In this document: positions 58,588 through 64,000 of the stretch, piece after piece
How positions within the stretch are numbered: the first letter of the stretch is position 1
How the letters are laid out: the number at the start of each line of letters is the position of its first letter
Assembly: GCA_963812015.1 (NCBI GenBank)
Contig: CAWETI010000002.1
Location: 480,001-544,000 of the forward strand
Source of the DNA: an uncultured delta proteobacterium
GTDB taxonomy: Bacteria; Desulfobacterota; Desulfobaccia; Desulfobaccales; 0-14-0-80-60-11
Reading direction: 5' to 3'
DNA: 64,000 bases
Translations under genes and position numbers: made by a program
Notes under the pieces: model-generated
Told to the model about the DNA's origin: nothing
Database searches by the model: none
The model's input: the letters and a program-made list of their open reading frames with translations, nothing else

Positions 58588-59109
58588 ATGGGCAAGGCGG
58601 CGTTAATCGTGGCGGACATGCTCAATGATTTTCTGGACCCCCAGGGAGCCCTGTATGTGGGGCCCCAGGCCCGGGAGATCATCCCCTTTGTGGCGCAGAA
58701 GATCGCCGAGTTCCGGGCGCAGGAAGGGGTGGTGATCTTTGTCTGCGACGCCCACGCCCCCGATGACCGGGAATTCAGATACTTCCCGGCCCACGCGGTC
58801 AAGGGGAGCTGGGGGGGCGAAATCATCCCCGAGCTGACTCCTGGACCCGGCGACCACCGGGTGGAAAAGACCCGGTACAGCGCCTTTGCTCACACCAACC
58901 TGGAGGCTATTCTCCAACGGGAGCGGGTGGAGGCGGTGCACGTGGTGGGGGTGATGACCTCCATCTGCGTCATGGAGACGGTCAAGGAACTCTTCGACCG
59001 GGATCTACCGGCCCTGGTGTACCAACAAGGGGTGGCGGACTCGGACCCCGAGGCCCACGCCTTTGCCCTGAAACAGATGCCGCGGGTCTTTGGCGCGAAG
59101 GTGGTGTAG
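58588..59109 (+). CDS. isochorismatase/nicotinamidase-family cysteine hydrolase
   Basis: DMLNDF, DAH, KTRYSAF, GVMTSICV. Confidence 0.9.
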   Translation: MGKAALIVADMLNDFLDPQGALYVGPQAREIIPFVAQKIAEFRAQEGVVIFVCDAHAPDDREFRYFPAHAVKGSWGGEIIPELTPGPGDHRVEKTRYSAFAHTNLEAILQRERVEAVHVVGVMTSICVMETVKELFDRDLPALVYQQGVADSDPEAHAFALKQMPRVFGAKVV

Positions 59110-59276
59110 AGTTCTGAGGGAGGGGGCCAGGGGCTTTTTTGTAAGTGCCCCTGCCCCCCTCCCTCAGGCTCCCTCCCCCAACCCCATACAGGGGGAGGGC
59201 GGGGGAATTTTTCGTATTTTTCGTAAGGGCTTCCCCCGGGCCTCCCTTCAAGAAAGTTTTACCGCCGGATCACTTC

Positions 59277-60017
59277 TTACTGGATTTCCGGGGTGGCGAA
59301 GGGGTCAAACGGGTTGGTGCGCAGGGCCAGGGAGAAGAGATAGGGGTAGCGGGTCTTAAGATGGGCCATGTAGGCCAGCCACTCTTTGATGAGCAGGACA
59401 TAGCCCCGCTGCACGTCCCCCGCCAGATGCTCCCCATCGGATGGGGTCAAGTGGTGCAGGTCGGTGCGCTGGGCCAGTTCCTCCGTCAGGTGGAAGACCG
59501 CCAGGAGCAGGCTGGAAAAGGAGTCGTGTTCCAGCAGGTTGGGGTTTTCCAGGAGGCGCAGGAGGAAGTCCCGCTTCTGGAGCAGAAAATCTCGTAAGGA
59601 TTCTAAATTCCCTTCCTTGAGTTCGATACCAAAATCGTTTTCCGCCAGGCCCTGGCTGAAACCGGCAAAATCCGGGGCGGTCCAGTGGCTGATATGGGCC
59701 ACCTGCTGCTGAAAGTCCGGCAAATGCCGGTCGTAGGCCGATAGGGTTTTTAATAGCGCCCCCCCTACCTCGCTGAAAAAGGCGCCGATGACCATGTTGA
59801 GCTTGGCGAGCTTGGCGAGCCTGGCCCGCTGCCCCAGGAGCTGGTTGAGGATGATGGTCACCAACAGGACGGAGATGGGCAGGAACCCCAACTGGGCCAG
59901 GAACAGGCGCAGCATGTAATTGACGTCCTTAAAGATCAGGTAGTTGAGGCCATAAAGCCCTGCCGAGGCGGCGACGAGAGCCAGGGCCAGTTGGATTTTC
60001 CAGGTGAGGAATTTCAT
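59277..60017 (-). CDS. hypothetical membrane protein
   Basis: two N-terminal TM helices; KLNMVIGAFFSEVG, LLENPNLLEH, YPYLFSLALRTNPF. Confidence 0.75.
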   Translation of the reverse strand: MKFLTWKIQLALALVAASAGLYGLNYLIFKDVNYMLRLFLAQLGFLPISVLLVTIILNQLLGQRARLAKLAKLNMVIGAFFSEVGGALLKTLSAYDRHLPDFQQQVAHISHWTAPDFAGFSQGLAENDFGIELKEGNLESLRDFLLQKRDFLLRLLENPNLLEHDSFSSLLLAVFHLTEELAQRTDLHHLTPSDGEHLAGDVQRGYVLLIKEWLAYMAHLKTRYPYLFSLALRTNPFDPFATPEIQ

Positions 60018-60205
60018 GGTAACCTCAGAGTAGGTTCTTGTCCCATTTTTTATACCCCTGTCTTATCCGGCTGAGTCGAGCCAGGATTAAAAGAGGCAGG
60101 TTTTCTGAATTTAAGCACGGGCGGGACGCCGGTGCCACCATTTTAAGGGATTGGGGGAGGGGTCTTAGGGGAGGGGGTAAGGGCGTCTGCCCTTAGCCCC
60201 CTCCC

Positions 60206-61963
60206 CTAAAAAGTCTTTTCACCTTCTTCTTCCCCACAGACTCCGCACTTCCTGCACACCCGGGGCCGGCAGGGCGGGGTATCCTTGCCCTCCAGGGCCC
60301 GCTGGTATTCCTCCCAGAGGTAATCTTTCTTGAGGCCGTGATCGATGAAGTCCCAAGGGAAGAGTTCGTCCGGGCGCCGCTCCCGCAGGGTGAAAAAGTC
60401 CGGGTTGATGGGGCTCTCCCTGAAAGCCCGGCTCCAGCCGCGCTCATGCGCGGCCAGAAGGATATCGGCCACCCGGCGGTCCCCCCGGGCCAGCAAGGCC
60501 TGGACGTAGGCCCACTTGGGCAGATCGGTGTGGACCCGCACCGCCTTGACCCCGTGGAACTCCCGGGCCACCAGTTTCAGGCGCTTTTTTAACTCAGCCA
60601 CTTCCGTAAACGGCACCCACTGAAAGGGGGTGAAGGGCTTGGGCACGAAGGACGAGATACTCAGGGTGATGAGGCCTAGGCGCTTTTTGCCCTGGCTGGC
60701 CTTGATGACCGTATGTTCCAGGTATTTCACCAGGCGGGGGATTTCGGCCACGTCGTCCACGGTCTCGGTGGGCAGGCCCACCATGAAGTAGAGGCGGAGC
60801 TGGGGGATGCCGGCGCGGCTTACGTCCAGCGCGGCCCGGGCCAGGTCGTCCCGGGTGAGGCCCTTGTTCAGGACGCGGCGCAGGCGGTCGCTGCCGGCCT
60901 CCGGGGCCAGGGCGACGCTGCGCACGCCTCCCTGGGCCAGGAGTTGGAAGAGTTCGGCGTCGGCGGAATCGGCCCTCAGGGAGCTGATGCCCATAGTCCC
61001 GCCGGCGGCCAGGATTTTCCGGCAGAGGTCCTTGACCCCGGGATGGTCGCTCACCGCGGCGCCCACCAGGCCGATCTTGCGCCGGTCCATGACGGCCTGG
61101 GCTATCTGCGCCCACAACTCTTCCACAGGGCGCTCCCGGGGCGGGCGGTAAACAAACCCGGCGGCGCAGAAGCGGCAGCCCCGGGAGCAACCCCGGCCGG
61201 TCTCCACCAGGAACATCTCGCCCCACTCGCTCTGGGGGGCCAGGAGATGGCTGTGGGTAGGGTAGAGGGCCAACTCCGGCAGGTGGGGGGAGGTAACCCG
61301 GTGGGGGTAGCCGGGAGCTGCCTCAAAGGCTTCCAGGGCGCCGTCGGGGTGGTAGCGGGGAGTGTACCCCCCGGGGACGTAAGCGCCGGGGACGGTGCGG
61401 GCCAGGTCCTGGAGCAGGGCGGCCCGGTCCGGGGCCGGGGAGCCGGCGGCCAGGAACTCGAAGAAGGGGATTGCGCCGGCCTCGCCCTCCCCCAGGAAGA
61501 AGGAGTCCACGAAAGGAGCCAGGGGTTCAGGGTTGAGGAAGGTGGCCACCCCGCCGGCCAGGACCAGGGGGGCTTCGGGGCCCCGGTGGGCGGCGAGCAA
61601 GGGGAGGCCGGCCCCGGCCAGGAGGTCCAAGACGTAAGGATAGTCGGCCTCAAAGGAGATGGAGAAGGCCACCGCGGCAAAATCCGTCAGGGGCCGCTGG
61701 GACTCCAGGGTGAGGATGGGGGCGCCGGTGCGGCGGTGCTCGTCCCACTCCTCCGGGGAGGGCAAAAAGGCCCGTTCGCAGGCGAACCCGGGGTGGGCGT
61801 TGAGCAGATGATAGATGGCTTGGAAGCCCAGGTTGCCCATGGCCACGGGGTAGACCTGGGGGTAGACCAGGGCGACGGGAAAGCGGGCGCCCCACTCCCG
61901 CACTACCGCGCCCTGTTCTTGGGCCAGGAGTTGTTGCAAGCGAGCTTTGATTTTGGCGGACAT
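60206..61963 (-). CDS. radical SAM protein with B12-binding-like N-terminal region
   Basis: RGCSRGCRFC, APEAGSDRLR, YFMVGLPTE, FVPKPFTPFQ. Confidence 0.88.
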   Translation of the reverse strand: MSAKIKARLQQLLAQEQGAVVREWGARFPVALVYPQVYPVAMGNLGFQAIYHLLNAHPGFACERAFLPSPEEWDEHRRTGAPILTLESQRPLTDFAAVAFSISFEADYPYVLDLLAGAGLPLLAAHRGPEAPLVLAGGVATFLNPEPLAPFVDSFFLGEGEAGAIPFFEFLAAGSPAPDRAALLQDLARTVPGAYVPGGYTPRYHPDGALEAFEAAPGYPHRVTSPHLPELALYPTHSHLLAPQSEWGEMFLVETGRGCSRGCRFCAAGFVYRPPRERPVEELWAQIAQAVMDRRKIGLVGAAVSDHPGVKDLCRKILAAGGTMGISSLRADSADAELFQLLAQGGVRSVALAPEAGSDRLRRVLNKGLTRDDLARAALDVSRAGIPQLRLYFMVGLPTETVDDVAEIPRLVKYLEHTVIKASQGKKRLGLITLSISSFVPKPFTPFQWVPFTEVAELKKRLKLVAREFHGVKAVRVHTDLPKWAYVQALLARGDRRVADILLAAHERGWSRAFRESPINPDFFTLRERRPDELFPWDFIDHGLKKDYLWEEYQRALEGKDTPPCRPRVCRKCGVCGEEEGEKTF

Positions 61964-62149
61964 GGGAGTCGGGTTAGAGAGGTGAGGATATGGCGGGCAG
62001 TGCCCGCCCTACATGACCTTTCAGATGAAAAAGGCGGGATGCGCTTCGCTTTCCCGCCCTACGGGCTCATTCTGAAGTTTATAATGTTGCCATTCTAATT
62101 CCCATTTTTTTATAAGATTATCATCTATCATTGAGTTATTCCATATCAA

Positions 62150-62370
62150 TTAAGATTCATAAGGACATTTTAATATCTTTAGCGCCCAAATTATTGATCT
62201 CATAATTTGAACAAAACAAATAAATAAGGAAACCAAATTTTAATGAACCATGGCATATTGTCCATTACATCTCTGGCCCAATGAATTTTTGAAAAAACTA
62301 TTCCAATGATAATACATCCCCAAAAAATAAGTAACTCTCGGGCAACTATTCTTTTGTGTAAACGAACCAT
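62150..62370 (-). pseudogene. AT-rich small membrane-protein gene frameshifted by a 5-bp duplication
   Basis: MVRLHKRIVARELLIFWGCIIIGIVF...WFPYLF then VQIMRSIIWALKILK in another frame; ACAAA duplicated at 62211-62220. Confidence 0.5.
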
Positions 62371-62515
62371 TATATATTCTTAAATCTAAGCAATTATTTT
62401 CTGGTTCCCAAGCTCCAGCTTGGGAACGAGGGTTATAAGCCCCCCTGAAAAAAGGCGGGGCGTGATAATTCACGCCCCTACCTAAAACCCAGAACCTAAA
62501 ACCCAGAACCCGTCT

Positions 62516-63715
62516 TCAATCCGCCTTCCTGAGGAAGGGCGGGGTGTCCAGTTCGTTTTCCTCGTATTGCAGGTCGGGGTGGACGATGAATTTCTTGGCG
62601 GCCACCACCCCCAGGGGTTTTTTGACGCCATTTTTGGCGGCTTCGGCCCCTCGGGCGACGGGCGGTTCCGGCGCTCGCGCAAAGGTGGGGATTTCCAGGT
62701 CCTCCGGCTGGGTGCCCGTAGCTGCGGCCTGGGACCAGGCGGCCCGTTCGGCTTCGCCCCGCTTGCCGATGCCGGTGGCGATGACCGTGACCCGGATCTC
62801 TTCCACCAGGCTCTCGTCCCAGACCAGGCCCCATTTGATGATGGCCTCTTCGTGGGCTTCTTCCTGGACGATGCCGCAGATCTCCTTCAGTTCTTCCATG
62901 GAGATGTCAGGGGCGGAGGTGATGTTGATGAGGATGCCCCGGGCGCCGCGAATGGAAATATCTTCCAGGAGGGGACTGGAGATGGCCTTGTGAGCGGCGT
63001 CGGCGGCCCGGTTGCCGCCGTTGGCGATGCCGGTGCCCATGAGGGCCATGCCCCGCTCTTTCATCACCGTGCGCACGTCGGCAAAATCCACGTTGATAAA
63101 TCCGGGCACCATGATGAGGTCGGAAATCCCCCGCACGGCAAAGCCCAGGACTTCATTGGCCATGCCAAAGACATCCTTGATCCGGGAGTTCTTGGAACTC
63201 AGGGAGAAGAGACGGTCGTTGGGGATGGTGATGATGGTATCCACCACCTTGCGCAGCTCCTCGATGCCGTTGTCGGCGAGGCGACGCTTCATCTTGCCTT
63301 CGAATTCGAAGGGTTTGCTCACCACGGCCACGGTGAGGGCCCCCAGGTCCCGGCTGAGTTCGGCCACCACCGGGGCCCCGCCGGTACCGGTGCCGCCGCC
63401 CATGCCCGCGGCAATGAAGACCATGTCGGCCCCCTGGAGGACCTGCTTGAGGTGCTCGGCTTCTTCCAGGGCGGCGTTCCGACCCACCTCGGGATCGCCG
63501 CCGGCCCCCAACCCCCGGGTCACATTGGGACCCAACTGGATCTTGACCGGGGCCATACTCCGCTCCAGGGCCTGGGCGTCGGTGTTGGCGGCGATGAAAT
63601 CCACTCCCACCATCTGGGAGGAGATCATATCATTAATGGCATTGCCGCCGGCCCCTCCTATTCCTAACACCTTGATCTTAGCCGACAATTCGTTGGGGAC
63701 TAATTGTATCTTCAT
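62516..63715 (-). CDS. ftsZ: cell division protein FtsZ
   Basis: GIGGAGGNA, GMGGGTGTG, NVDFADV, C-terminal LDTPPFLRK. Confidence 0.98.
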   Translation of the reverse strand: MKIQLVPNELSAKIKVLGIGGAGGNAINDMISSQMVGVDFIAANTDAQALERSMAPVKIQLGPNVTRGLGAGGDPEVGRNAALEEAEHLKQVLQGADMVFIAAGMGGGTGTGGAPVVAELSRDLGALTVAVVSKPFEFEGKMKRRLADNGIEELRKVVDTIITIPNDRLFSLSSKNSRIKDVFGMANEVLGFAVRGISDLIMVPGFINVDFADVRTVMKERGMALMGTGIANGGNRAADAAHKAISSPLLEDISIRGARGILINITSAPDISMEELKEICGIVQEEAHEEAIIKWGLVWDESLVEEIRVTVIATGIGKRGEAERAAWSQAAATGTQPEDLEIPTFARAPEPPVARGAEAAKNGVKKPLGVVAAKKFIVHPDLQYEENELDTPPFLRKAD

Positions 63716-63755
63716 AAGGGACCCCCTTGGGACCATCATAGCACGTTTCAATCAT

Positions 63756-64000
63756 TCATACCACTTCGCGAAACCATTTTTTGAGCTTGGACAAGAAGCC
63801 GCCGGAGGAGCGTGACGAGGGCCAGCGGCCGCCGCCGGACCAGCGGTCGGGGGCGCGCTGGGCCTTTTGCTGGGCCCGGTAACCGTACAGCGCCAATCCC
63901 ACCCCGGTGGCGTAGGACGGGTCGTGGATCACATCGATGAGGCCGCTGACCCCCATGGGATAGCCGATGCGGGTGTGCATGTTAAAGGTTTCGCCGGCCA
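63756..64000 (-). CDS. ftsA: cell division protein FtsA, C-terminal part
   Basis: RIGYP...DPSYATGVGL...KLKKWFRE amphipathic tail; directly upstream of ftsZ. Confidence 0.9.
   Translation of the reverse strand, partial: AGETFNMHTRIGYPMGVSGLIDVIHDPSYATGVGLALYGYRAQQKAQRAPDRWSGGGRWPSSRSSGGFLSKLKKWFREVV

Overview
GC-rich chromosomal window, probably from a Desulfobacterota (deltaproteobacterial) anaerobe; this is inferred from gene content and protein style. Bases 1-2850 are the end of an integrative element next to a tRNA-Pro(TGG) gene. They carry the C-terminus of a group II intron-type reverse transcriptase/maturase with no recognisable intron domain V/VI behind it, about 750 nt of densely base-paired non-coding sequence, an excisionase-like HTH gene and a tyrosine integrase. 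The rest is mostly housekeeping: rdgB, rph, mutL, miaA, carD, rluD-like, coaE, rho, recQ, eno, rnc, recD2, zapBA, rny, sucC/sucD, queH, coaX, glmM, pstSCABB, ihfA, ftsZ, ftsA. Main observations: (1) two unannotated 43-aa membrane peptides 250 bp apart, one with UGA at a Cys position (U-L-S-C, followed by a SECIS-like hairpin) and one with Cys (C-L-S-C), upstream of a 4Fe-4S membrane protein and divergent from ArsR and DsrE-like genes; (2) the RT plus long structured RNA candidate in the integrative element; (3) two PstB paralogs with complementary degenerate ATPase motifs; (4) several dispersed repeat families, AT-rich islets, pseudogenes and two rod-shaped ~180-nt ncRNA candidates. No CRISPR array or rRNA was seen. 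All calls come from reading the sequence by eye; no searches or folding programs were run.
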